Below are positions 35,794 to 49,100 of a stretch of 64,000 nt of DNA, piece by piece. The position numbers and the translations under genes were made by a program. The DNA is from Squalus acanthias (taxonomy: Eukaryota). The notes under the pieces are model-generated. The model did not search any database. It was given only the letters and a program-made list of their open reading frames with translations, and was not told the origin of the DNA. The DNA lies in NCBI GenBank assembly GCA_030390025.1, contig CM059432.1, forward strand, positions 74,586,001 to 74,650,000, in the 5' to 3' direction. Each line of letters opens with the position of its first letter. Within the stretch, counting starts at the first letter, position 1.

Positions 35794-36252
35794 CTCGTTC
35801 TCCCATCACCCCTGTGCTCGGTGACCTACATTGGCTCCCGGTTAAGCAATGCCTCGATTTTAAAATTCTCATTCTTGTTTTCAAATCCCTCCATGGCCTC
35901 GCCCCTCCCTATCTCTGCAATTTTCTCCAGCCCTACAACCCTCCGAGATATCTGCACTCCTCTAATTCTGGCCTCTTGAGCATCCCCGATTTTAATTGCT
36001 CCACCATTGGTGGCCATGCCTTCAGCTACCTAGGCCCTAAGCTCTGGAATTCCCTCTCTAAACCTCTCTGCCTCTACCTCTCTTTCCTCCTTTAATACGT
36101 TCATTAAAACCTACCTCTTTGACCAATCTGCCCATATATCTCCTTATGTGGCTCGGTGTCAAATTTTGCCTGATAACACTCCTGTGAAGCGCCGTGGGAC
36201 ATTTTACTACATTAAAGGCGCTATATGTATACAAGTTGTTGTTGTTGTTGTT
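35794..36252 (+). mobile_element. L2 LINE 3' end
   Basis: DLHWLPVKQCLDFKILILVFKSLHGLAPPYL; (gtt)n tail. Confidence 0.9.
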
Positions 36253-36479
36253 CTCTGTTACTGTTCGGGTAACTCTTTGATCATTATCCATGGGAGCAGG
36301 GGCTAGGCTTTGTCATCCACAAGCAATCTGTTAACATGATTTTCTACCTCTCTTTCCTCCTTTAATACACTCCTTAAAACCTACCTCTTTGACCAATCTG
36401 CCCTAATATCTCCTTATGTGGCTCGGTGTCAAATTTTGCCTGATAACGCTCCTGTCCTAATGATTTTCTTCCTTGAAGA

Positions 36480-36900
36480 TGTCAGGGAGGGCCGAATTCC
36501 AAAGCATGAATGCATCATGACAACTTCTAGCAAATTTCGCATTGATGTGCAGAATCCTTTGCATGTTGTCATGCACAATTATCACAGGGAGTGAAATCTC
36601 TTCCTGTTGCGGGCGTTGACTGTAAGAGCTCATCAAACAACATGGATGCCATCTATTGCACCCTGGACCTTGGGAAAGCCAGAAAACCCATGAAACTGGA
36701 TGGTCCTATCTCACTGCTGTCTGAATATGATGTCAAAGTCAATGAATCCCCAGCTCTCCTGTAAATTGCCTCAGTAACCTGACAAATACATACTCGAACA
36801 GCATCTTTACTGATATTACTGAGATTTCCCCCTGGCTGTCTGAAGGTTTGATGCTCTATTAGTATCCTTCATTTAAAACCAAGGCCCGTGAGATCCAAGT
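36480..36900 (-). pseudogene. Degraded Harbinger transposase
   Basis: - strand GFPKVQGAIDGIHV, NRKRFHSL and INAKFARSCHDAFML. Confidence 0.75.
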
Positions 36901-38877
36901 CCTGAAGCTCCTCAGCCCAGGTCTAAAGCTTCTGGTCCCTCTGATCAGTGATGTCATCATTCTCTTCATTTGCCCCCTTTTCCCATGACCACTTGTGCTG
37001 CTGTCCCTTCCCTATCACTAAAGCCTCTGGGTTCTTGTCTCTGGACTGGTGCTTAGAAGTGATGGAATGAATGGCGGTGTAGGTAATGGTGTGCAGACAG
37101 AGTGACAGCAAGAGTGGGATGGCTCTTCTTACTCATTTCATCAGACACATCTGGCTGGATTTTACCTGTATGGAGGACGGAGTAACTGAAGTTAATTTGT
37201 GGCTATTTGACAGTGAGTTGAAATGAAACATCCAGAGTGCAATTCAATCGCATTAAGATTGCTGAGGGTAGATCGTGTCCACTGAAGCATCAGATACCAG
37301 AATTGCATCATGTATACGCAACCTGCTGTTGCCACCTGCCCACCAACCACTCCATCTCCGCCAGGCAAATTACACTTCACAGTGCTTGTATGGATCAACT
37401 CATGTATTTGTCAATCCTTGCCTTGTGGACTTTCTTTCCTTGGCATTATGTGCCAGAAGTGCTGGGCACAAGGCCCTAATCTGTAGTCCACAGAGGGCCA
37501 GAGCAGCAAAAACCCAATGCCTTCTGGCTGTAATAGGAAGGAGGAGAAAAATCGAGTTTGAAATTTCATCCACAATTAACTCAGATTCTCCCCATTTACA
37601 GCTGACCTATCATTTTCCGACTTTGCACTCCCAGGTGGTCCCTCGCCCGTCAAGTGGACATCTTGGGGAAATTCAGCTGTTTTCTCCACCATTTGCCTAT
37701 TTACAGATGGCTGGGCTAAAATAGGAGCTACTGAATGAGGGGCAAATAATTCATTGATTTCAGTATACATTGAATCAGGTGGCTTATTTTACCATCAGCA
37801 GGATTGTTGCATTGGAATCATGGGGTACTGTTTGCTGGTGTTTCACATGTATTATGTTTGATTTACTGCCCGAGAATTTACTGTCCAAACACCCTTAAAG
37901 ACCATGCTTCACAAAATATAACCTTAAATAAAAAGTTATCCTATTAAATTTGTGGCAGAAGGTAAATAACATTTTTAATTGCTTCAGAAAGCTCACAAAA
38001 AGTTTGATTAAAATTGATTACAAGATTGGAAAAAACAGTTTTCTGGTCAATACCTCAGCACTGCAGTCTCTATTTTTTCTCGTATTTATCTGCTTACACA
38101 CAGATATGAATGTTCAACAGTTTAGTTCACCTTTCCTTTGCCATTCCTGGGACAAGGGTAACTAAAGTCTCCACCTCTCTAATAAGAACAAAACCGGGCA
38201 CATGAATCGTGAGTTTATAACTTTCTAATGGGGTTTGAATCACAGTTGAATGAATGATGATCTCCTGAGGGACCTTGAGCCGTTCTGTGAAAGTAAATTA
38301 AAAAATGTTCAGTGAAGCATAAGATTGAATACATTATGATTTTTGTCCTCTAACAACTCTGAGCTTTTAGAAGATAATCAGATGGAGTAAAATAGTTGCA
38401 GGAAGGATTTTCTGAAATCCTTTAATGAGTCTATTAATCTATTAATGAGTCATCAGTTCTACAGCAACAGCCTTTCAACTAATATAGAATTGATATTGAA
38501 CTACTATGCTTGCTACAGTCACCAATATCTAATGTGGTCACTCTCTGATACACCTTCACTGCTAAAAAAGACCAAGGGGGCTAAACGGGGATCGCAATGT
38601 GCGATGAACCCGTGCACGTTGCTTCCGATGCAGGCAGCACGCAAACTTTGTGCAGCCTGCTAATTTAAATTATTGCAGCGTTGAGGCAGCGTTAACACGC
38701 TGTTGAGTGGCTGAACACCTCTGTAGGGGGCCCAAGTTCGTGCGAAGCTAGCACCACTTAAAGCTAGTCTGTACTACTTAAAGCTAGCCTGCATCTATTA
38801 AAGGGGAGGTGCATACTGACTGAAGCAGGTGCTTGAAGTGGCTGGGGAAGAGATTCTAGCCTGCAAGAAGAGTGACT

Positions 38878-40720
38878 AATAGTGCAATAGGGGAGAGAGC
38901 ATGCGCCAAGGTTCTCTTGGTGGAGGAGGTGGCTAGGAGGAGAGAGATCCTCTAACCACAAGGGGCCAGGGGGGCCCTCCAGACAAACTCTGCAAAGGCA
39001 GTGGGAGCAGGGAGCCGTGGCGGTCAATGCCAGAAGTCAAGCCCCAAGGACCTGGATGCAGTGCCACAAAAAGTTCAATGACCTCACACAAGTGGTCCAG
39101 GTCAGTGAATTCATCTTAAAATGCAATACCCCACCAACTGCACCACTAGCCTCACACACTGCTCAATGCACCACACCCCCATCACTCACCTACCAACAAT
39201 CTCTGTCAAACAGGACTCATACCTCATATTCATAGCTTCACCTCACCCTCACACACTTACCACTGCTGCAAGCCTCACACCTACATCTCACAGTTTGCAC
39301 ACACTGCCAGCTATTCAAGCATGACAACCACATCACCCAAACACATTGCATCACACTCACTGAAACACTTCCCTCTCTCTTGCAGGACAAGTTGGCATAT
39401 AACCAGAGGCAGCAGGAGCTAACCGACGGGGGAAAGGAGTGCTTGCATCGCCTTACCCTGATGGAGGAGACGGTGCTCGCCATCATTGGAGCGGCCATCG
39501 ATGAGGCCGTGGCCAGTGGTGGGGCTGAATCCATCGAAGATGACGGTATCCTCATACCTAATCCTTCTCACATCCCACTTCCTCCACATCCCACAATGTC
39601 TTTTGATTTAAAAGCTGCAGATGGTGTAAACATGCACCTCTTACATTCCCCCTCCAAAACCCTACCCTTGTGTCTTTCTTCTTTCAGATACCCAAGAACT
39701 GCAACCTGGCCAGGCAGTGGTGGAACAGCAACAGGTGGAAGAGGAAGAAGGCAGTGATGATGAAGGCACAGCACTGTCACTCGATTTCACATTCGCAGCC
39801 ACTCTGCGTACTTTAGAGGATAGCTTAGAGGTGGGATTGGCATGCGGTGAAACACCGGGCACGAGTGGCCTACAGCCAGGGCAGGGGGCAAGGGCAGTGC
39901 AGGTGCCAGCTCCCCGAAGGGCGAAGTCGCACACGAGTTCTGTTCCAGAGGACTCAGATGAGGACTTCGATGAGGCAGACTACAGAAGAAGGCTGATGGA
40001 TAGGCACAGTGAAATGCTTGGTGCAATGGCAGGCCTGCCAGTAAGCCTGTGTGCAATGTCAAGGAGCATGGAGGACTCCGGCACCAACTTGGCACAGGGC
40101 TTTCCAGCATGGAAGTGATGGACAATTCCATTAGCACACTTTCAGACCCAACCAAGATGCAGCGTCTTATGGCCGATGTCTCAGCTTCCATTGTAGCACA
40201 AGCAGAAGCCACCCAACGTCTGGGTGCTCCAGTGGAAGCTCAGACTTCTGTCATGCAAGCTCAGCTTGCTGCCATCGTGGCTGCAGTTACCAGTGTTCAA
40301 AGGGGCCTGCAGGGTGTCACAGCAGTCCAGCAATCTGTCGCCCAACAGATTACTAGGATTGCTGTGGCGCTGCCCTGGGGGAGTGGCAGTGGCTCAGTGG
40401 AGCATGAACCTGCTGTCCTCTCTCAGGATGACAGCACTCGTCCTCCCACCACTGCCACTCCGCCAGTGCCCTTGCTGTTGCCTGTCAGCCAGACAGCCCA
40501 GACTGCTGCTGCCCATGCCGAGATGTTGCAGTCTGAAACCGAGCCTTCTAGGTCCAGAGCTGCTCGAGTTCCGCCAAGGCCATCTGCAGTCTCCTCCTCT
40601 GAAAGTCAGCAGACTTCCACAAGCTATACTGCAGCCACTGGGGTAGCACTGCGTAGGAGCACTAGGACAGGCAAAGGCACATGGAAGACAGGCACTAATG
40701 GAATGCACAAGGGTGATTAG
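38878..40720 (+). pseudogene. Harbinger Myb/SANT-like gene, 3 exons (~38878-39100, 39386-39545, 39688-40720)
   Basis: PRTWMQCHKKFNDL motif; canonical GT/AG junctions that keep phase; acidic and coiled-coil exon 3; frameshift near 40100. Confidence 0.85.
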
Positions 40721-40879
40721 TTTACATTTGTATGCAATATGGCATGATTTAATTTATAAATTTGGTTTGGAATGTTTATTTTGTGTTGGCTTTTATTTTT
40801 GCATTGTGGCCAAGCGGATGCTATGATGGTCAGTGACAGAGGGAAGGTAAGGTATGGGACTGTTGGTGAATGTGGAATT

Positions 40880-40965
40880 GGGGTTGTTTTTCCTGGTATC
40901 GTAGCTGGATGAGCTGGGCACGGACAGCCCCACCAGAAAGGGGCTGACTGGGTTGCCTCCTCCCT

Positions 40966-41003
<38 letters not shown>

Positions 41004-42014
41004 CTGCTCCTCTTCCTCCTCCTGCTCCTCTTCCTCCTGCTCCTCAGCTGGTTGCCGTATGGCTGGTGGCAAGGGCTGTGCTCTGTGCCAAGTACTGCAG
41101 GGCTCCTCCAGAGTGGTCCAGGCAGCGGCAGCATTGCTTCAGCACACCAATGATATTTTGTGTGGCAGCATGGCTTTCGTTATATGAATGCTGCCCACGT
41201 GTGCATGGGTTGTACACCGGAGTCATGAGCCCTGTTGTTAATGGATAACCCTTGTCGTCCAGTAGCCACCCCCTGGTTTGTCGTGGTGGCTCAAATGCAG
41301 ATGGGACAGCAGACTGCCACAGAATAAAGGCATCACGACTGCTGCCAGGATACTGGGCATTCACCTGCATGATTCGCTGAGTATGGTCTCACACCAGCTG
41401 AACATTGAGGGAGTGGAATCGCTTTTGGTTATGGTACATCTCAGAGTTTACATGCGGCACCCGCAAAGCCACGTGCATACAGTCAATGGCATGCTGCACC
41501 ATGGAGAAGCCGGCAATCCTCGCGAAGCCATATGCTCGCTCCGCCTGTTGCTCTCCGGCCAGAGAAAAGAAAATGTATTCAGCTCTCTTGGAATACAGAG
41601 CCTCAGTTACCTCCCTTATGCAACAATGGATGGCAAACTGGGAGATGTTGCAAATATCTCCTGCTCCAGCCTAGAAGGAGCACAACGCATAAAAGGTCAT
41701 GGCCACTGTGACTTTCACAGCCACTGGCAATGCAGTCCTCGCCCTACTCTGAGGTTGCAGTTGTGGCTGCAGTAGGTGGCAGATTTCAGTGAGGACATCC
41801 TTGGTGAAGCACAAACATCTGACACACTGTTCCTCACTGAGGTTCAGGTAGGAGTATTGCTCCCTGAACACCCTGGGCGGATATGGCCTCCTGCTGAGGG
41901 CCTTTCTCCCCTCCTTCCCCTCCCTCTTCCCGCAGTTTGTCCTGCTCTGTGTCGCCTCTGCTCATTCTCCCTGTCATGCTGTAGGCCAAGTGGAATGCCT
42001 ACTAGTGCACCCAT
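40880..42014 (-). pseudogene. Harbinger DDE transposase, frameshifted
   Basis: LSEEQCVRCLCFTK, SSRDAFIL, DKGYPL and YNESHAATQNII; Glu-rich tail encoded by a microsatellite. Confidence 0.9.
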
Positions 42015-43539
42015 GTCTGGGAGCAAGTGAGCTGTGCAGAATCCTTGAAGTCAGGACAAAGTCGTTCAGCACCTGCCACATACTCCCTGTAGATTTTAGC
42101 AACTTTAAATAACTGTACAAACCACCAAAAACTTCTACAAAACCCAGCAACAGCTAGTAGAAATCAATCAATAACTAACTTGTAAGTAGGTGATGGTCCC
42201 TTTAAATAGCGCTGGTGGGGTTCCTTCCTGCTGCTGAACGCGCGTTCAGCTGTGCATGTTTAAGAGCGGGTGTTAACTGGAGCATTGTGCTCCAAAATGG
42301 CAGCGCTGGCGTCAAATCAGCATTACACGCTAATTGATGTCACGATCTGCCTACTCTGCATACTTCCGGCGCAGGCCCACTGCGCCTGCATTAATGCCTT
42401 ACCCAAGATGGCATCCGGTGCGGCCCACACCAGAAGTGTGCACGCACGCCACGGACACCATTTTGGAACCAAAATGGCACCCGTAGTGCCCAAGTAACGG
42501 GCACTACGGAGCCGAATTTTGTGGCCCAAAACTTCAAACTGTACTGCAGTTTATCATTATCCAATATATCCATTTTAAATTATATTTTCTATTTCTGATT
42601 AACGTTTCATTCAAAGGCCAGTATTTCTGACAATACAGCATGCCCTAGCCAGGATCTTCTGATCAAGTTCATCTAATTTAAAGGTGTAAATCAGGCAGAC
42701 TGATCAGAAAATCAGCTGAGATCAGTGATGCTGCATCTCTGCCCACTTGACATCATGTGCAATTTTCCAGCTCCAGAAATATCAGAAGGAAGAAGAACCT
42801 ACCTAAAATAGGAGAATTTAAATATTCAAAAGTGGACAACGGAGATGTCCTGTACACCATTTCCTGCCATCTTGGTATTCAGCATGGCAATTCATAATAA
42901 CGCCCATGTAAACTCGTCATCCAGGGTTGTTAGGCCATGATAAATATATGGAAGATCATTTAAAGGACACATTAATGTTTTTTCTTTATTTTTTTTAAAA
43001 TTCTGACCCTTTGTGCCAGTTATTCTAATTTTCTTGTCCCCAGTAGCTCCCCCAATGGGTCTCCCAATAAGAATCCCCTTAAGTGATATGTTTGGAAAAG
43101 AGAAGAACCAACAAAGGGATGCCAGGTAGGTAAAGCTGCAAAAGAAGTGCTTTGTGCCCACCCAGCAGTACCCACATCAACAGGCAGAGATGAATATGCC
43201 TCACTTTGGTGCACAATTAGTTCAGGAAAAGACTAATATTCACAATGGAAACTGGGACTGCAGACCACATGGCGCCACTAAGTTACATGAGTGCCTGACT
43301 AGGTATAATGTTGGATACTTCCTCTAAAGCACTTCAGTCACACTATGTCATGCTTTCAGTGATATTACATATTAGAAGACATGACAAGTTGATCAATGGT
43401 TAACATAGTCTGATGATTGCACCCACCAAGATGGCACCAACCACATATGCAGACATTGTTGCACCCTACCTGGCAACTATCTACACACGACCTGGGGCAG
43501 CAGAAAGCCAGTTGCAGAGTTGTGCCATCTGCTACTAAT

Positions 43540-43760
43540 ACACCTGTTGTTAGCATACATCACAGACCTGACACAGCCAATTACAGTACTGGTCAGCTGC
43601 AGGCTCCAAATGGCCTTCATCTCCTTGCAGGTATGCTGCAATACTAACCTGTGGGGATGGTGGCATGAAGAGACAAAGAGGACCACTCTCCTTTCAGCTA
43701 TCTCACGCAGCACCACCTCCACTTCATCAGTCATCAAACAGGAGGTCGGGTACCAGGATG
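43540..43760 (-). pseudogene. Degraded Myb/SANT-like (Harbinger ORF2-type) fragment
   Basis: MTDEVEVVLREIAERRVVLF. Confidence 0.55.
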
Positions 43761-44007
43761 CTTTGTCACTTACCTGCAGACACAAGCTTGTACCTTCCAT
43801 TTCAGCCTGTCTAAAACCCACTTCTAACCATATGGGCCTAAACTGATTCCACATTGGAAAACTGAAGCTACTCAATACTGCACTTTCGTGGAGCGTCAGC
43901 CTAGTTTATGAGTTTATGTCCTGGTGTGGGATTCAAACCCACCTTACCTCTAGAGGTAAGATTGCTACAAACTGAGCAAGCTAATACCTAGCCTAGTGTG
44001 TGTATTT

Positions 44008-44360
44008 AGAAAGAAAGAACTTGCATTTATATAGTGCCTTTCATGGCTTCAGGAAGTCCCAAAGCACTTTACAGCCATTGAAGTACTTTTGAAATGTAGT
44101 CACTGTTGTAATGTGGAAAAGCGGCAGCCAATATGCGCACAGCAAGCTCCCACAAACAGCAATGTGATAATGACCAGATAATCTGTTTTAGTGATGCTGG
44201 TTGAGGGATAAATAAATGAGAACTCACTTGCTCTTCTTCAAAGTAGTGCCATGGGATCTTTTATGTCCACGTTAGAGGGCATACGGGGCCTTGGTTTAAC
44301 ATCTCATCCAAAAGACGGCATCTCCGACAGTGCAGCACTCCCTCAATCCTGCACTGAAGT
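44008..44360 (-). mobile_element. SINE (family of 482-905)
   Basis: Pairwise similarity; a head fragment also lies at 43875-43985. Confidence 0.8.
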
Positions 44361-45454
44361 GATATGTTTCTTTTTTGCTTCACAAGCCCTTATAGCATCA
44401 CCTGTAATTGTCTGTATTACACATTATGCTATTTGCTTTGTCAATTCTTCGGTAATCAATAGCAATATCAAAATATGAAATGCTGCCTGCTTGAATAATT
44501 CAGTGGTGTGACATCAAATTGATAGATTATCCACATATCTTGCATTAACTTCACATCTTATTATGTGATACAATTAGCTGATATGACACCAATAGGCCAG
44601 TTGTAATGTTAAACGTCAATTTAGCTGCTCTATTTTATTTTTTCAATCTTTTATATTTTTGATTAACAGTCTAGACTGGCATATTGGTGTGCAGGTTGTC
44701 TAATTAAATGTTTGCACCGAATTTTCACTTCAATGTTTAGACAGATTCTTATTTACAAGACTTTCATCAATGGAGTGACCACAGAAATAAAAAAATTCTA
44801 TTTCTGCCATTAATAAACATAAAGGGTGATTCTGCATTCTGCTGCATCCAGGGAGTGCATCCTGGGAATTTGCAGGTGCGCATCCATATAGACAACTGAA
44901 TTCCTGCGATGTGTTCAGTAAATGCCATTCCCCACTGGGAATCCTAGATTGTGGAATCACCCCTATTATATGTATTGAAAATTCAATGTTGAAGCCAATT
45001 TTTGATTGTTAATAATCTGACCAGGAGAATGACCTACAATATTCTGGAGTTTTGCTTGATTACGTTTGGAGAATCAGGAAGTATTTATGCAAAACTTTCC
45101 CTCAGGAAATTGTGTGATAAAATTTGTGATTGGATAGATTGTATCTGGTCAGTGCAAGGAGTAGGTTTGATGGGTTAAATAGTCACTGTTCCATGTTGCA
45201 TTTTCTTATGTGAAGGGACGAATCTGCAATGGAATTAACACATCTTAACTGACATCACTAATATATTTAAGAAATCTTTTGACAAATCCTAGAAAAATAC
45301 CTTGTGGAGGCACACTAAATATCACGTGGATTTTACTATAGCTATTATTGTTATTACTGCTATGTTGCTTTCTGTATCATTTAGAATAATGACAGTCAAA
45401 TGAATATCTTAAATTTCATTCATTGTAATAATCAAGTGTGTGCAAAAGCTACCA

Positions 45455-45922
45455 GTGGCTGGTAATGCAGTGTGCTGGTGCACTAATATGCTGTGCTGAT
45501 GTACTAGTTTTCTGTGCTAGTGTACAAGTATTCTCTGCTGGTGTAGTACTCTGATGTGCTGATGTAGTAGTATTCTGTGCTGGTGAAGTAATATTTTGTG
45601 CTTGTATATTACTATTCTATACTGGTGTCAAATTAAGCATGCCAGAGTTTATGTCAATGTTAACACAAATGGTAAGTATTTAGTATTAATGTGCTGAGAG
45701 GGGACTGGGACTTCACTGTTTTGCTGATATTAGTTGGATGTCGACATATATGAGTTTGACATAAATGGGTAGGACTAGTATTCTATGCTTGTGGATTAGT
45801 ATTCTGCACTGACATACTGATAATCTGTGCTGATGTACTGGTATTCTCTGATAGTGTTGTAGTATGCCGTTATGGTGTACAAGTACGCTGTGCTGGTATA
45901 CGTAATATTCTCTGTTGATGTA
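45455..45922. repeat. Two degenerate 21-bp minisatellite arrays (~45455-45627 and ~45770-45922)
   Basis: Approximate consensus TGCTGGTGTACTAGTATTCTG. Confidence 0.75.
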
Positions 45923-46129
45923 TTTTTTTGCAATTGAAATGGGAATCTGTGCTCCTGTCACATGCTGTTGACTGCTGCTGACTTTTTGTTACACCAGTTA
46001 TACAGCTTGAATTCTGCAAGGCTTGAGCCCTGGGGGTGTTCTCTGCATTGTTATTGGGTGAATTTAGGAGCTGTGGGGATTCATGATAAACCCGGGAATA
46101 GATAAGAAACTGGTTGAGGGCTAGGAAAC

Positions 46130-49100
46130 TGTGGCGGATCGCCACCTAAATGGGCGCAATCCACTTTTTCATCCGTGGACAATAAATCGGGCACCTTGCC
46201 TTTAAGGTACCTTGCCTTTAAGGCAGGAGAAAAGGAGTGGGCGTGGCCTCAGAGTTTTCAGTCAGTTGGTTAGCAGCCATTTTACCAGGCAGATGTGATT
46301 AAAAGCTTTGTGTTCCACACATGGACTCAGCCTTAATTCGTGTTTCGCGGCAGTCACAACATTGGTGACCCCGACGCTCAGAATGTATTCCGAGCACTGC
46401 AATGGCGGACATGAACGCAGTTTCCGTGAAACTGCCGGAGTTTTGGGAAAACCAGCCCGAAGCCTGGTTTCTCCAAGCCGAGTCCCGATTCCGGCTGCAA
46501 CGCATCACCACAGATGGGACGAAGTACGACTACCTCGTCACATCACTTGGTAGCTCCACAGTTACAAAGGTCTGGACAGCGCTGCAGAACCCACCAGAGG
46601 GGGGCAAGTATGCACATCTTAAGGCCGCGCTCCTTAAAAAATTTACGGCCTTGACATACCAGCGAAACTGCCACCTCCTCGACCTTCCAGGCCTCGGTGA
46701 TGCCTCACCGTCAGACCTCCTCTCCCACATGCTCTCCCTCACCGACGAGAGCCCACCCGGATCCCTCTTCCACATGCTGTTCATCCGCCAGCTACCTCTC
46801 AGCATCCGCCCAGCGATCATGGCGTCCGGCCTCACGGACCTGGAAGCCCTGGCCGATGAGGCCGACAAGCTGCTGTCCGCTCACTCCAGCTGCGACGTCA
46901 CTCCGGACCTGGCAGCTAAAGCCTGGGCGCGCCCCTTACCAGCCACCACGCGGCCACAAGGCCCAGCCACCGGGCTCACGGGGCCTTCGCGCCCCACTAA
47001 CCCGGGCCACTGTTACTACCACACATGGTTTGGTGCCAGGGCACAATGGTGCACACCTCCCTGCTCTTTCAAGTCCGCCCCCGTACCAGGCCCCGCGATG
47101 GCCGTGGGCCACGTGGGCTCCCTGCTGTATGTCACGGATGACAAAACCGGCCGCCGGTTCCTGTGCGACACTGGAGCTCAGCACAGCATCATCCTGGCCT
47201 CCTCCCCCGACATCCAAAAGGGCAAACGAGGACCGGCGCTGGCTGCTGCTAACGGCTCGGCCATCCGGACGTACGGCACCCGCACAGTCACCCTCGACCT
47301 CGCTGGTCGCCGCTACCGATGGGAGTTCATCACTGCCAAGGTGCTCTCCCCTCTCATCGGTGCGGATTTCCTGTGCGCCCACGGCCTACTGGTAGACATC
47401 CCTCGACACCGCCTTGTGGACATGAACACCATGTCCCCCATCCTGGGTGCCATGGACCCCCGTCAACCCGCCGACATGGCGTCACAGTGCCACGCCTGGG
47501 CCACGGATGACTACTCGGCACTCCTGGCCGAATTCCCGGCCCTTACCAATCCGACCTTCTCCGCGGAGGCCGCCAAACACGGGGTGGAACACTTCATCCC
47601 CACCACAGGCCCCCCAGTGTACGCCCACGCCCGCAGGCTGGACCCGGCCAAACTGGAGATCGCGCGGACCGAGTTTGCCACCATGGAACAGCTCGGCATC
47701 ATCCGCCGCTCCAACAGTCCCTGGGCCTCCCCACTCCACATCGCCCCCAAACCAGGCGGGGGTTGGCGCCCCTGCGGGGATTACCGCCGCCTCAACGACG
47801 CCACCACCCCTGATCGGTACCCCGTGCCGCACATCCAGGACTTCTCGGCTAGACTGGCCGGCCGCTCAGTCTTTTCCAAGGTCGACCTGGTGCGCGGCTA
47901 CCACCAAGTCCCCGTCCACCCCGCGGACGTCCCCAAGATGGCCGTAATCACCCCCTTCGGCCTTTTCGAGTTCCTGCGGATGCCCTTCGGCCTCAAAAAC
48001 GCGGCCTAGGCATTCCAACGGCTCATGGACTCGGTCCTTCGGGACCTGAAGTTCCTGTTCGTCTACCTGGATGACATCCTGGTAGCCAGTTCCTCCAAGC
48101 AGGAACACCTCGAACACCTTCGCATCCTGTTCGGGCGCCTCAGCGACCACGGGCTCATCCTCAGCCCAGCCAAATGCCAGTTCGGCCTGGACAAGATCGA
48201 CTTCCTCGGCCACCACATCACCCATGCTGGGGCCATTCCCCTGCCCACCAAGGTGCAGGCCGTCCAACAATTTCCCCGTCCCACCACCATCAAAGGCCTC
48301 CAGGAGTTCCTCGGGATGGTGAATTTCTACAACCACTTCATCCCCAAAGCGGCGTCCCTCATGAGGCCCCTGTATGAAGCCCTATGGGGCAGGAGCGGCA
48401 AGATGGCGGTCGAATGGACGGCAGATGCGTCAGCCGCCTTCAACTCCACCAAGACCGCGCTCGTCAACGCCACCCTGCTCGCGCACCCACGGCCCAATGC
48501 CAGGGTAGCGCTCACCACGGATGCCTCCGACCACGCGGTCGGCGCCGTGTATGAGCAGTGGGTCGACGGCGCCTGGCAACCACTTGCCTTCTTCAGCCAC
48601 CAACTACGCCACCCGGAGGTCAAGTACAGCACCTTCGACCGCGAGCTCCTCGCGCTTTTCCTGGCGGTCCGCCATTTTCAGTTTTTGCTGGAGGGCCACC
48701 CCTTCACTGCGTTTGTCGACCACAAGCCCCTGACATTCGCAATGGCAAAGACAACCGACCCCTGGTCCGCCAGGCAGCAGCGCCAGCTCGCGGCAGTGTC
48801 CGAGTTCACCACGGACATCCAACACGTCTCCAGCCGAGACAATGTGGTAGCCGACTGCCTCTCCCGCCCCGCCATCCACGCCGCACACCTGGCAGTCGAC
48901 TATGCTCAACTCGCAGCAGACCAGATCACCGACCCTGATCTGCTCTCCGCACCTACCAACCTACCAGGGCTACGCCTGGCCGACGTCGCCTGTGGCCCGA
49001 CCGCAGTCACGGTCAAGTGCGACATATCCCTATGTCAACCTCGGCCCGTCGTCCCAGTGTCCTGGCGCCGCCGGGTATTCGAGATTCTCCACAACCTCTC

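Larger units (their letters stand above)
38576..42526. mobile_element. Full-length decayed PIF/Harbinger transposon, TSD CAA
   Basis: Ends GGGGGCTAAA and CCGAATTTTGTGGCC; caa on both sides; two convergent genes. Confidence 0.9.

Noticed and set aside
40793-41153. Poly-Glu, poly-Arg and poly-Leu ORFs
   Set aside because: Trinucleotide microsatellite in the Harbinger transposase tail
48007-48009. Programmed readthrough in the Gypsy element
   Set aside because: The stop lies inside the conserved RT motif PFGLKNAAxxFQR, not at a gag/pol boundary; it is a simple nonsense mutation
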